The translations under genes and the position numbers were made by a program. A DNA stretch of 64,000 bases. Source: Dimorphilus gyrociliatus (lineage: Eukaryota > Animalia > Annelida). The notes under the pieces are model-generated. The model had not been told where the DNA came from. It made no database searches and saw only the letters and a list, made by a program, of their open reading frames with translations. The stretch spans positions 1 to 64,000 of the forward strand of contig CAJFCJ010000006.1 in assembly GCA_904063045.1 (NCBI GenBank), read 5' to 3'. Shown one piece after another: positions 39,701-53,315 of the stretch (the first letter of the stretch is position 1; the number at the start of each line of letters is the position of its first letter).

Positions 39701-42700
39701 TACTGCATACATCTATTTTATATAGGTATATATGTATTTTATATACATACTGTATATACAGTATATATAGTTATACTGTATAACTATATTTGTATGTATC
39801 ACTTCAAGGTTAGTCAATCGATAAGTCTTTTTTCTATAGTAAAATAATTGAGTTCGAATGCTCGTAACGTAACCCTAGGGAGTACGTATAAAATCATTTA
39901 ATTATTTACTAACAAAGCCGTGCATTCTAATTAACTTTAATTTTTTACTCTTTTCCTTTACATTTTTTGTTCAATAGTAATAAGCCAGCTAATGACTCGT
40001 AAAGAGTCTTTGACGGGCGTTCTAAAAACATATCGAACGGTTCAAAAATTTTCATCACAAAAGAGGTGTTTTATTTACAAAAACATGAAGTACTTTTTTT
40101 TAAACTCCCTTGCCTGTAAGACTTTAATCTTGACAGGTTTAACAATCGAGTATGATCGAATAGCTTGTTAACTCTCTTGTATAATTACTCCCCAGACCAC
40201 CGTCTTGTAACATTTTTCACTGCTTCTTTATTAAAGATTATTAACTTTTAAAATTCTATGGGAGTCTAGCGTAACACTTGATTTATAATGGCGTCAGAAG
40301 TGAAGCTAAAGTTTGCTTTAATGTTTAGATGATTTGGACGAAAAAAATTTGAAAATTCTCCTCACGCTCCCATTTCCCAATAAAATCTCTGGAGCTTTTA
40401 CTTATAGTTTCAGATAAGGAAATCCAAACAATTTATCTTCGTCGGAGAATTTCCTTCTCTCTCTATCGGCAGCTTTTCATTACAAGAGGTCGGAAACATG
40501 CTTAGTTTACAAATAAAAATGAGAAGAGAATAGCAAAAGTTCTAATTCGTTAAAATTAAAGAAATACTCAGCTATGTCTTTGCTTTTAACGATTCCGTAT
40601 GGAAAAAAAACTAATAGGAGAGTTCTTTATTAAAAGTCTTTCCCACGGTTGTTACGCATTTCACGACGTGTTAATTAAACGCCTGCCGCGAAAAATAGAC
40701 CGAAACGTGAGAGGAAGGGGATTGTAGGTGGTAGCAAAAGAGACAATAAATAATAATTGCTAAAATTATAATAAATAAAAAGGAATAATTATTACAAATG
40801 TAAATAGCAAAAGTTTACCAGGCTATTTTTAGCACCGATAGATATACTCTTTATACTGTATATCGCACAAACATGTGTATCTTATATATATATATATATT
40901 ATAATACAGCTAAGTATAAACTATAAATAGTGCATATTAAAATACTAAGACTTTAAAACCTATCGAATGACATCCCTTCTTTGGGTTAAGAGTATTAGAA
41001 GAGGAAGTTTTCGGTGAATAGCATAGACACTGAGAATTAGAGACATGCCACTGCTCTATTAATATAATATTTTAGATATATCTTAAAAGTATTTAAAAAA
41101 AAAAAAGAAACCGCATATTCGATTTCTTTTGTGATATTTTTAAGTGCAAAAAAATATAATAATAATAAAACATATGAAGAGTAAAAAATGATAGCACTAT
41201 CACGAACAAAAATTTCTCTTACCATTTAAAACGGCTGCAAAAGAAGAGGAATAAAAAAAAAACATGTTAGTAATAAAAAAAAGGCAAGAATCGACTTCTA
41301 TAACCAACAAAAATAAATTAAACTACTAGAAAAAAAATCGGTCGCGAAGCATTAGCTACATAAAAAAAAAACAGTCTTGGAAAAAAAAATTCTCGCTTAT
41401 TCGGTTTTCTAAATATAAATATAATGTTTTATGGATGAGAATATATGCAAATAAATATATTCTCCTAAATGGAAAACGTTTACATTGGCCTTTTTAAAAG
41501 CTTAGTTGTGAATATCTTTGATCGACTTACGTTTTATCTTCAGTGATTTACTTGTCCGCTTCTTAACTGGTTTGCCGTTGACGTACCACTTAACCTTCGG
41601 TTCGGGGACACCTCTGACGTTACAACGAATCTGAACGTTCCTTGTTCCCGATCTTTCGTATATTTGTCTCCTTTCTACTGTAACTTTTGGTCTTAGATTA
41701 ACTTGTAAATAAGTTGATTGTTCAGTATCAGCTGTAGTGGCTTGGCACATGTAATAACCCTGATCCTCTGGTATAACTTTTGTGATATGAATAGCATTAT
41801 CAGAACGTTGAAAGATTCTTGGGTGGGGTAGCTGCAACGAATTTGGGTGTCGTCCCCATCGTATAACAGGGGGCGGTACAGATTTTATACAGCAGGGTAT
41901 CGTTGCATTTTCTCCCTCAATTATAAAGATTTTCTTAGGAGGGTCTCTATAAAAGGACGGTTTTTCGGGCACTGTCGGAGCTGAAAATACAAAAAGGATG
42001 CTATTATATGATCCCCCATTAATTACCAGATGGCGTAGGTAGCACGAAATTACAAACGAATAAACAACGGAATCCAACAGGGACATTGAACAATAAGCGC
42101 CTATTCATGTATAATGCACGCATTAATGCATGAGCGTCTACTCGACTAATTACTAGTACGTTTTGTTCTCCGCACATAAACAGGCCCATAGAAATGGGCA
42201 AGCGACGCCCCATTTCCGGTCGCCCACTTCTAACCGTCACAGCCGTCAACTCAACGTCTACCACGAATGACGCTTCGGCCGGCTAATAATCGCGAAAAAG
42301 CTTCGAAGAGCCGAAGGCCCGAGGCTCGCCGTTGAGAAAGAGATACCTCAGGGAATTTTCTTTCGTTCTTCATAAAGCTAATTTCTTTGCGTCTTTCCCA
42401 CTGTTTCGAGTCCGTTTACTCAATATTAAATCCGAATTTTATAAACGCAATATATAAACTTTAGAGTTTAACAAGCCGAAAAATCAGTAAAGATTAACCT
42501 ATGGCTCAAAACTTACTTTTCACAATTAAGTTAGTCACGTAACCGCTTTGAACTTGACCGCTGATGTGATTTTTGGAGAAGCATTGGTAACGCCCTGAAT
42601 TCTTTTCCGTTACCGAGACAATATGCAAATAACCGTCGTCCATGAGGAAATGATTTTCTGCAAGGTTATTTTTACCCCTTTAGCGTTTTCGTTTCTCAGT

Positions 42701-44528
42701 CAAAGAAAAAAAGAAGGAAACTTACCGAGCCGATCAATATATAGCCGCCGTCTATTAAATTCGAAATAAATTTCGGCTTCCGGTTTTGAGCGGGGTACTT
42801 TGCATTTGATTATAGCATAATTATTCGTCGTCGCTTCAACCTTGAACTCATCTCTTTCCATCTTTTCAGTAACTAAAGGAAGAGATATAGAAGAAAAGGA
42901 TTAGAGTGATCTGCCAATTGAAAAGAAATGAAAAGAGAATTTTACAGGCTAAATAAACTCGAGCGACTTTACTAAGAACAGTAAAGGCTGAGCCAATCTT
43001 CTTCGCAGAGCACCTATAGTCACCCTCGTCCTCGCTTCCAAAATTCTTAATCACCAGTTTTCCATCCTCATTTGCTCCTCTATCTAACTTCTTATTCTTA
43101 TACAACCACACAATTCTGTAATTCGATTCGACTTTACATCTTAATGTAATTCGATCACCTTCCTTGACGTAGGTATCTTTCGGGTGGATGAGGAACGGGG
43201 AAGCTGCTAAACCTATTAAGAGGCAAGAAAGTAATTTGTAATAATAATAATATAGCGAGCCTACCAACTCCCTAAACTAATCTAGTCTGAAATTTTATAT
43301 AACGCTTTCGTCGTGAAAATAGCACAAATTGGTGTCGTTTTTGGGTCTCTTGGGTATCATGAGTAAAAACGAAAGTAGGCTTATTTAAATATATAAATAA
43401 AAATAATAATAATCATCTACGATTTACAATTAGTGTGTTCTTGGGTATCATTGAGTCTCTGCTGTAGTGTGCTATATACTGCCATTAAATATAGTATTGA
43501 GAAAAAATTTAGGTCGAGACAGACGACGCTCAAGGGCGTCGTTATACTAAAACCCTCTTCTTATGGGACAGAAACGGTCCGAAGTGATTAAAACCAATTT
43601 CTCAATGTATTTTCAATAGTTAAAGACACAGCGAAAGTAACGCTAAACAAAATATTAAACGACACCTTTAAAATAGATTAAAGAAGCTGTACAAAAAGAA
43701 AACGTGGCCAAACACGCGAAGGGAGCCGGCTGAATAAATAAACCCCGGCCAATATACGTTTGCATGTTTCTCATTTCGACGCTGAGATCTTTATCTGGAA
43801 TACACGAGGATTTTTCCCAATACGATCACCGTTAGAAAACAAAAACAGAGAAAAGTAAGGAAGAGAGAGAAGCGGGTCAACTACGCTCATCCATCACCGT
43901 CTCCAACGTAGCAAGACAATCGAGATAATTGAGCAGAAAAAATGGCGGTGGGGCGAAAAAGAACCGTCTGCAACAGTTTGCCCCGCTACAATTCATTCTT
44001 GCACGTTTGTCAACGATTGGAAAAAATGCGGTGGATGGGCATTAGTTTGGCAAATGAGTATTCATTAGGGACATAATATAAAGGCTTATCTGTAAAACGC
44101 CGTCCGAATTTGCTCTTCTGTTTCGTGTTATAGGAGAAGGGCGTATCTAATACAATAAACCCAGGGGGTAAGGTTTGGGATAGTATACCGCCTTCGTTTG
44201 GGTTCACAAAGCGGGTGTTCGTTATTGATTGCAAAAGTGAGTATTTTTCAATAAATCGAAATTTTGCCTAAACGCGTAAAGCTTTTTATGTAATGGAATA
44301 AAATGTCGTTTGAAAGGATATGTAAATCCCGTCTACATGCATTTGCCTTCTATTAGATTCGCCGTTCGTCGGTCGCGTTAGGCAATTCGATTTAGACGCC
44401 TTTCTTTTATCTCGCTTAACTAAGCTGGAACGGCGCTGTTGGCCTAGAAATATTCGGTAAGTTATTTTCATAATAAATTCATACTCACCACCAAACACGG
44501 TTGTTAACAGAATCCACACCGATAACAT
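36748..44528 (-). CDS. CDON: CDON/BOC/ihog-family Hedgehog co-receptor (5 Ig + 2 FN3 + TM)
   Basis: Signal MLSVWILLTTVFGG|LAA. Ig2 AIIKCKVPRSKPEAEI resembles CDON/BOC Ig2. FN3a SVKVRW...KWTTIDGI...YKVRVHAIY and FN3b FYKPASSD match ihog FN1/FN2 as I recall them. TM SSSELLYLVLGIVLGTLLVLIVIFGAMCAW resembles BOC. All exon phases are compatible. Confidence 0.85.
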
Positions 44529-47500
44529 TTTCCTTATCTGTTCGGTTTATCTTCGACCCCAGTTTGCCATTAACTGTAAGTGCAAAAATAGAGATAAAAT
44601 AGCAAATTCAAAAATTAACCCTCGCAGTAAAATGAGACCGTTACATTTCCCGTTGAGGCGTCTCTCCCTTAATCCCTATTGTCAACACGCTAGACGCTCC
44701 ACCAAAACTCTATGAGCGTCTAGTTGGCCAGGCGTTTATTACAAGATATTCTCATAAAATCTTGTTTGTTAGATCAACCGCATCACGTGATTTTTTTCGT
44801 TAAAGATAAATCCCGTTTGGCCATATCTATTCTAGGCCCCAACTAATGGATTTCAATGAAGTTGTCGAGTTATAATTTCTACCCTAAAAGTATGATTTCA
44901 ATCCACTTTCGTGACTCTAAATCACGTGACTATTTGCCTGTATTAGTATTCCTTGTAGGCGTAAATAAATCTAATTAAAATAAATTAGCCAAGAACGGCT
45001 TAATTGCTTCTGAATAAGTTTGAAAGCTAGTGGGATTGTTTATTTATATAATATACTTGAGCTCTGTGAAAGTATTTTCTCAACCATTCTTTAAGTATTT
45101 CCATGTCTCTCTGATTTCTTTTTGATTGAGAAACTTTTTAACAAGTATTTTCTTACAATTAACTCTCTTCTTGGCCTAATCGATTAGAATAATAAGGATC
45201 TACAATAAAATGAAAGGAGTATTTCCGTACAGGATTGACACCAACCAGCTGACCGTAATTATAGCCCGCCAAAAATAGAAGAAACAACAAAGAGCCGACT
45301 ATTCTAAATCGTGTATAATTATCTGCTCTCGTATCAGCCGGCCACCCGCAGATCAAGTTCAATTAAAATCTAATATAAACGACGCCGAAATAAATAAAAA
45401 AAGGGACAGAGGACTAAAGAGAAGTATTAAAAGAGCAAGCGCCAAACAACAAGTCATGAAATATCTACAAACATAGCGTGTAGAAGGAAACGAACAAGGA
45501 AAATGTTAAGCGACGTCTACGCGACAGAATTAGGCGTCTACACCGCCATAATTCAAACGTCGACTTGGAGACGCTTCGTCGCACATCGCGTTTAATTCGC
45601 GCCTTTTCTTCCCTACTCTCCTTCAAACCCTTCAAAAAATTTTCCCATAAAAACGAGTTCCAATCGATCGTAAAGAAAGTGGAAGGGACACGTAGGCCTA
45701 TTTAACAACATATATACTTAACCATTAATGATATTCTCAATTGAAATGCCAAAGATCATTTATCGAACGCAATTCGTTAATTCTTATAGACTTTAAAACG
45801 CAGGACGTAAGACTATCGCGATTCCCCTTTTAACCATTTATTCATTAACCCAGCTAAAAATTCATTAACCTAATTTCCTCCAGCATTACATAACAGCTAG
45901 AAATCGAATAACGTTCAAAGTAAATAGTTTGTAAGCACCAAAAAGAAGACAACTTCCTTCAAGAATATTTTCAGGCCTACAACAAAAGCTATTTTTTACC
46001 TGCACTTGCAGTAGTGCTAACACGATTTGTAGTTTGTGAAGTGCAGTTTGAGGCTTACCAGTTTCTCTTATTTTACATGCAAAGGGTATACTATGCATAT
46101 ATAACTGTTCTTAAATGAAAAAATTACGGATAGTGTATTTGCATAGATGTGCTGTCATGGTATTCTATATATGAAAAATGTGATAAAAATTATTTAAGGT
46201 CATATTACATAATGTTATTAGATACGTTTTCGTGAGATTGTCTATATGGTTTAGAAAGAAAAAGCTCCACAGAGGCTTGCGTGTACGAGTAAATATTAAA
46301 AAAAATATGTACACATACCGTATATCAATATATTCAAGTAAATTGTACTGGCACATGCTATAATTAATAAAAACATATTTAATTTCATTGCAAATAATTG
46401 TACTTTACCTTTACAAAACGATATAATAAACAAAGCTTAACCAAACATACAACCGATTACAAATTAAAGAAAAATAAATCCCAAATCGACATTTTCACAC
46501 ATCATCTCATTCCCTAATCTGAAGAAAAAACTACATCCGGTTTAGTGCACGATATTCCCTTTAAGCGGATTTTATTAATTGACGCTACCTTCTAGACGCT
46601 CTCGCCCGACTTATCAGAGTTTTATATCTATTGTATCGGTAAAAGAAAGAAACACCCATAGGGGTTGGATGCACTGATTGCCATTTTCAATCTAAATCGC
46701 AGTTCAAAGGTTGAGGTTTATTAGCATAATTGATTACTCATCCAATTTGTCGTATGTTTGCGCTCGTTTTGTCCGCTACTTAATCGAGTAGTCTAGGAAC
46801 GTCAAAAATTAGTGGAGTACCGGCGTTAGACAAACTTTCGAATTTAGACAACATCTGCGAAGAATTCTGAGAGCAAAAAGTAACGCCCCGTTGCATATGA
46901 CCGACAGACCGTAACAAACCCTTTCCGCGCTGCACCTGGCAAACTAGCCAACTGCAATGACAAACGCATTATTTACGCCGATCTTTCAAAACAAACAAAC
47001 AACAAAAAGCTACAAGCAGCAAGCAAACAGTTTATTGCCAATACCCTGCTTGACAAACAATGACGAAGCGTACGATTCATTGGACCGTACAGCAAACTTG
47101 ACAAACTATGATGTATGCAGCGTTTCTTCAATTAATTATACCGTTTCTATTTTTCTCCTTTTTCTCACTTCTCTTTTAGCTGCTACCTGTTTTTGTTCTG
47201 TCAACTGATACGACTTCAAAAGTCCCTTTTATATTTCATACAATGTATAAGCAGAGAAAAAACTGACTAAATACAATTACCCAAGCCCTTCGGGATTTTT
47301 CTACATTATTTATGAGTTTGTCATTATAGCTTTATACTCAGCCCGCGTTGTTGAGAGGTATAAAATTGAATAATTCACCCAACACACGTGTTACACGCAC
47401 TACAATAGAAAAAAACTAGCAATAAAATGTATCGATTATTAATTAAGAGTCGTAGGTGTATAGTATATTACTATACACACCAGGGATGGAAGGAAGGAGA

Positions 47501-49845
47501 GAAAACAGTTTTCTGGTATAGTAACATCAAACGATCAGGATGCGGCAGAGAAAGGGAAATTTGTTGTTGTTGCCGCAGTAAATAATCCGCAAATAATTGA
47601 AAAGCAGAATAGTTTCAGAAATGTCAACTTGAAAAGGCTCTCGAAACGGAAAAGGGGGAAATTTTTCGGGATAAAAAAAAGAATCGATTTTCGGACGAGT
47701 CAGTTAATTGTAGTCGTTTATTTAAGCATAACAAAGCCGGTAAACGAGTTGCTTTTTGTATGGTGAATGATTGCCGAGTGGTTTGTCGCCGTCCTACCGC
47801 AACAGGCTGGCAGGCAGACAGCCCCTTTATCTCATTGGGCCTACTAAAATTATTTCGTTTGCATGCACTCTTTCTAACTGCTAAAAAGCTTAAGATCCTA
47901 AAACTTCTTTGTTTCGCTAAACTTGTACACTTACGCCTGTTGATCTTTTTAACATTAATCTTTTTTCCAGCTCGTCCTTCGATTACCATTATTAATAGTT
48001 GCAAAGGTAATTGCAGTGTAACATAAAACTTAACAATTACAGAATACAATAGACAGAACAACTGGGTTGCGACGCTGGAATGTATATATTTATAAAACCC
48101 TTCCTATATATTTAAATAAAAAGAAACATAAAAGTACATATTTTCTTACGTTATAAAATTACAGCCTATACGCCATAACGCTTCCCCATCTATAATTATA
48201 TAAGGGAAACAATATAGGGGTAAACTCTTCCCCTCCTATATACTTTAACTGTATATAAATCAACACCGGAAACGTAAACAGTGGCCCTAGTAGTACGACC
48301 TTTGCAAATAAGTTAAGATCTGATAGATCTTTGTAATGGTTGTTCAAAAAGAAATGAAAGAGAGAACGGGGCCATTCAGTACTTGTCTTTTCACTGGTGA
48401 TGGTTACGTCATAGTAAATACTCTTTTTTTATTTCTTTGCAACACTTTCCTTTTAACAATAGAGAGGTAGAAACTACGTATAATAACAATTTCGAGAGCT
48501 TGTTCATTCGATCCCGCATAATAACAATAACAATCCGAGTACGCGCCATCTTATTCAAATTTAGAGCAATTTTTTTCGTAGAAAAAAAATAAAAAAACGT
48601 TTAAAAAATGTAATTCCATTGTTACCGTTCTATTGGTATAAATTTGTATCGCAGCTGGCACCGTATTCAATATAAAGCAGGGTTAGACGATATAAACCCA
48701 ACTGTAACCTCTCCTCATTAAACACTAATTAAACATTTAATTCGTCGAATCGGCTCAACAAATATTGACATTTCTACCAATAAAATACACCCTCCTCTCT
48801 TCTCTCTCCCCTCCCCTTTCTTATTCGATACTATTCTTACGAGTTCTTTCACCCACTGGTGGCCAGGTGAGCTTTTCAGCTCAATAAGCCGACCCTTGGC
48901 ACTGTTGGATACAAGCCTGATATGTTAATCGGGGTAGGGGTTTAATCAAAGGATTTTCCCCCTCGGCTTGAGAGAATTATACTGGAAACCGATTGGTAAA
49001 AAGAAAGAAATTAGTAAGGAGGTGTGGAAAAAGAATTAAATATTTTCTTTTCCATGTCCAATTTTCCGCAATGCATTTGTAAATAACCTCCCGAATAATC
49101 TGTCAACTAAAATTCGTACAAAAGGATCAATAAAACTCTTATTATTTGCGACTGGCGCGAGGATTGAATATAAAGTGCTGTTTAATGGCCTATACTGACT
49201 TCACGGAGTTTTAGTTTTCAGTCGATTTTCCTCCCAAATAGCGATATCTGATAGAATGCGAAAGAGAACAGAAAACCTACATATTATACTACCGACCATT
49301 TTCGACCAAAGAGAGATTGGCAAATCAACGAAAAAAGTTTCTTATTTAACCGATCTCAGCAGTTTAATAATAGAAAATATGCTAAACTCACCTCTACTTG
49401 TCCAGCTTCTTAATTCATAAACGAAATCCCAAAAATTTTAGGAATTTCACGGTATGCGTTAGATTTAATCAAGACAAGCGTACGACTTCGCACGAATGTT
49501 GGACCGTATTTGGCGTCGGCTGCTAATGGCGGTTGGATATACTATCGTAATTCGACAAGAAACTACTTTCTTATTCAAATTTTTGTATTGATGCTATTAA
49601 TATATAACTTAATTTTTATCTCATATATAATTACCTATATCAATATGAAACGGTATAAAAATTATAATATTCATGCTAGAATTCGAACATAAATTTACGA
49701 TACAACACCCGAACTGACTCAAATAACGACATCTATCGTTTTTGATAGTAACAATTTCATACTTCACCTATACACTGAACATCAATAAATCTATATTGAG
49801 TAATCAATCACTTCTTATACACGTAAAAGATGAAAATAAACAATC

Positions 49846-50686
49846 TTAACGCGTATCCAAATATTTAGTGAAATTGTGCTTAACAAGAGCTTTTAAGTTA
49901 TCATTTATAATAGTGTTTTTCCAGTTCAATTCGCAATTATCCAGATGATTATCAAAGTCTATCAGCCACTTGGTTGCGTTCAAATCAATGAGTGAATTAA
50001 AAATAGTCGATAGCTTTACCTTGTCCTTTTCTTTTTCAATCCATCCGGAGCTGAAAATTATTATTTCCATTAAAGTCATAGTCAAAAAGTGGAGCATGTA
50101 CTTACCGATTTTCATTTTTCTTTTTCCAATCCTGACCATTAGAGCAGGTGTAGACATCAATCATTTCATTCTTGTCAAAGTCAATAGGTTCAATCGCCGA
50201 ATAATTAAGCATGACTAGAATTCCTTCGTTTTCATTGTTTTCTCTTATTTTCGAGGCAATCTTAGTCGCTAAAGGGTTTAATCTATTTTGATGTCAAATG
50301 TAAGTTAGTGGAATATTTATATGATAAATTCAATTACGTTGGATTGGAAGCCAATTCGTTTGCCTGATAGTACCCATACATTGTATAATTATGCCTCTTG
50401 CAATAGCCTTCAATCTGTGAACATTAATATTAGCATTTAATTTTGAAGATTATTGATCGATAATTTTTAAAAAATTATTGCCAACTTGTGTAAGTGCGAC
50501 TTCCAACATAGGCGATAATTGAGGATGTATATGAAACAACGGAACACAATCAACTATTTTACGCTGCTTTGTATTCCCTTTATCGGCTATTAAAACTCCA
50601 TTAATTAATGAATGAGGATATTTTGCAGCATGGAGAACCATCTTAAAATAAGCCTGTATAGTAAATGTTAAATCCGGCTCTGCCAT
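49846..50686 (-). CDS. EMC8: ER membrane protein complex subunit 8/9
   Basis: AYFKMVLHAAKYPHSLINGVL...DCVPLFH...PMLEVALTQ|...GYYQANE...LIDFDNHLD...W, the EMC8/9 (UPF0172) signature motifs. Confidence 0.94.
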
Positions 50687-51097
50687 TTTTCTTCGTTCAA
50701 TGAAGCGAGGTAACACATAAGAGGTCAATCTTGAAGCCGATAAATTATGAAGGAGTTAGAACCAGTCTATAATTTACCAGAATTCATGAACAACGCAATA
50801 CCGCGGTTCTCTTTTTAAAGATAAACTGGTCATATCGCAAAACCATAGGTTATAAAATATCTTCTCAAAGAAGCTCAAATTGGTTCAAGAACTTGGTGTA
50901 CTAAAGAGTAAATGTTATTTGCTATATGCATTAGTCAAGTGTGATAATACTTAGGGCTTAATACAGAAGATTATACAGTTATCAAGCTTAGACGGGCTAC
51001 CCTATATCACACAGGAAGTAAGAAACCGGAAACAGTATAAGAGCACACGTGAAATCTTTCTTGCTTAACGCGATAAGAAAACTCGTGTTAAACAAAA
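50687..51097. promoter_or_regulatory. 411-bp divergent intergenic (probable bidirectional promoter) between EMC8/9 and NSA2
   Basis: Head-to-head ATGs at 50686 (-) and 51098 (+). Confidence 0.5.
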
Positions 51098-51880
51098 ATG
51101 CCGCAAAACGAACATATTGAATTACATAGAAAGCGTCATGGGTATCGGCTTGATTATCATGAGAGGAAGAGAAAGAAGGAGGCTCGAGAAGCTCATGAAA
51201 TCTCCAAAAAGGCAAGAAAATTAAGAGGCATCAAAGCTAAACTTTTCAACAAAAAGATGCACGCCGAGAAGATCCAAATGAAGAAAACAATTAAAAAGCA
51301 CGAGGAACGAAAAACAAAATCCAAGGATACAGATGAAGTTCCTGATGGAGCTATTCCAGCTTATCTTTTGGATCGTGAGGGGCAACAGCGAGCCAAAGTG
51401 CTATCAAATACTATTAAACAGAAAAGGAAAGAAAAAGCTGGCAAATGGAACGTACCACTTCCTAAAGTACAAGGAATTAGCGAAGCTGAAGTGTTCAAAG
51501 TAGTAAAAACCGGTAAAAGAAGGAAAAAGTCTTGGAAAAGAATGGTTACCAAAGCTTGCTTTGTTGGCGAGGGATTCACAAGAAAACCACCAAAGTTTGA
51601 ACGTTTCATCAGACCAATGGCATTGAGATATAAAAAAGCTCACGTCACTCATCCAGAATTGAAAGCTACTTTTCAATTGCCAATAATTCGTGTAAAGAAA
51701 AATCCATCAAGTCCGATGTACACAACCTTGGGTGTTATAACCAAAGGAACCATTATTGAAGTAAATGTTAGTGAATTAGGTCTGGTAACCCAGGGAGGAA
51801 AAGTGGTATGGGGCAAGTACGCCCAAGTGACTAATAACCCCGAAAATGACGGCTGTATAAACGCCGTTCTATTAGTATAA
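51098..51880 (+). CDS. NSA2: Ribosome biogenesis protein NSA2, single exon, 260 aa
   Basis: [19 protein letters not shown]...[21 protein letters not shown], full-length and uninterrupted. Confidence 0.99.
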   Translation: MPQNEHIELHRKRHGYRLDYHERKRKKEAREAHEISKKARKLRGIKAKLFNKKMHAEKIQMKKTIKKHEERKTKSKDTDEVPDGAIPAYLLDREGQQRAKVLSNTIKQKRKEKAGKWNVPLPKVQGISEAEVFKVVKTGKRRKKSWKRMVTKACFVGEGFTRKPPKFERFIRPMALRYKKAHVTHPELKATFQLPIIRVKKNPSSPMYTTLGVITKGTIIEVNVSELGLVTQGGKVVWGKYAQVTNNPENDGCINAVLLV

Positions 51881-53315
51881 ACTGCAAAAAGAGTAATCAT
51901 TTTTTCCTTGAATCATACAATACAAACGTAAATACATTATCTCGTTATTTCGGAAAAAAAGGCTTTTCTCAATATGAAAAATATGAACTACTTGTAAATA
52001 TGTAATTTCCCATATTATAAGAGAGTCTAAAACCACTCAAAGAAATTGGCTAAAACTTTAAAAAAGATCTATAAAATAGTACGGCTTCTAAAAGATAAAA
52101 GATAATACAATTTAATCCTCATGACCTATTGAAAAGCTGATTATGCAACTGAAATTTTATTATTCCACTAGGTAAAATTCCCTCAATAGCTCTGAAATAA
52201 TAAAAGACTCTATCTTCTTAGGAGATGAAAATAATAAGAAAAATTTCAAAAGGTAGCATCAATTATGTTATCTTAAGTAACATTTACTAAAGAAATATTT
52301 GAAAAGCCCACTTCTTGGACAAAAATTGTACAAAATATCTAAAAGCGTATACAGTTGGTTATATGACTGCTTAAAATGATTGTCAAACAGAACCACTAAT
52401 TGAACGATCCGGCAAGTAGGTGAAAATCTAATTTATAGGGAATTCGGCAAATGTCATCCGGGCATATATTAGATCTGCAGACCTAATTTAGACACTCGAG
52501 TCGTACTAGCCTAGCCAAGAGCAATCAGTAATTATGAGGATCATAGACAAGATTCCGTTCATTTTCGGATGAATAGCTGATCATTCGTGTAGAAAAATGA
52601 GTTCGGCTCACGAGTACAAAAGACACGAATTCCGGTGTACTAAAGAAAATTACATTTTTCTAAATACGTGTCTCTCGCTACAGATGTCAGAATGATAGAG
52701 AAAAAATATCCTACTGGAACAATCGAGTACAGAGAAAAAAGTCAGAATAAAGACTTTTTGTTATTATTTAAGAGTATTGTAAAAAAAAAAAAAGAAGAAT
52801 CTACATTCCAATTTATATAGATAACTAAGTTGATTGAGTGGCATTATATATTGCCAAAAAAATTACATTATTTCCAGGTCAATCCAACATAGACGAAAAT
52901 ATAAATATTATTATACGGCTTTTTCATCAGTGCTCAGCATTGTTTTGAGTTTGATTCGATCGTTTATAATGCAATTTTTTCATATTTCTTTTTTTATCCT
53001 ATGACGAAAATTATTTCAACAAATTTAAGGATTTGATGAATTACATTGAGGAATACTTTCGAATTGATTATTGGATTGACTATTATTCATTTTGTCATTT
53101 TACAATTTATATATTATATAGAAAAATATATCACTCATATATCTCGTAAATAAGTTACGACCCAATGTTTGGCTGGAAATGATTGTAGACTTTTATGCTT
53201 GTATTAGAAATATATATATATATAAATTTATACATCATGTAAATACAATGTATAAAATAATTAAAAATTTCTAATTGTTTAAAACGAACTTATAGTATAA
53301 AAAAAATTATGCTAA

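Noticed and set aside
39800-39870. tRNA or tRNA-derived SINE (GAGTTCGAATGCTC T-arm-like hairpin)
   Set aside because: No acceptor stem, anticodon arm or convincing A-box.
42180-42235. Hairpin (GGGC..GCGAC / GTCG.CCC) in a CDON intron as an ncRNA
   Set aside because: Stem is short and interrupted; no recognisable RNA family.
46957-48061. ORFs of 83-145 aa upstream of CDON
   Set aside because: No motifs, overlapping antisense ORFs and no splice partners; more consistent with GC-richer non-coding DNA.
48893-48955. miR-96/263-like sequence CTTGGCACTG
   Set aside because: Only ~10 nt match and no complementary arm to form a pre-miRNA hairpin.
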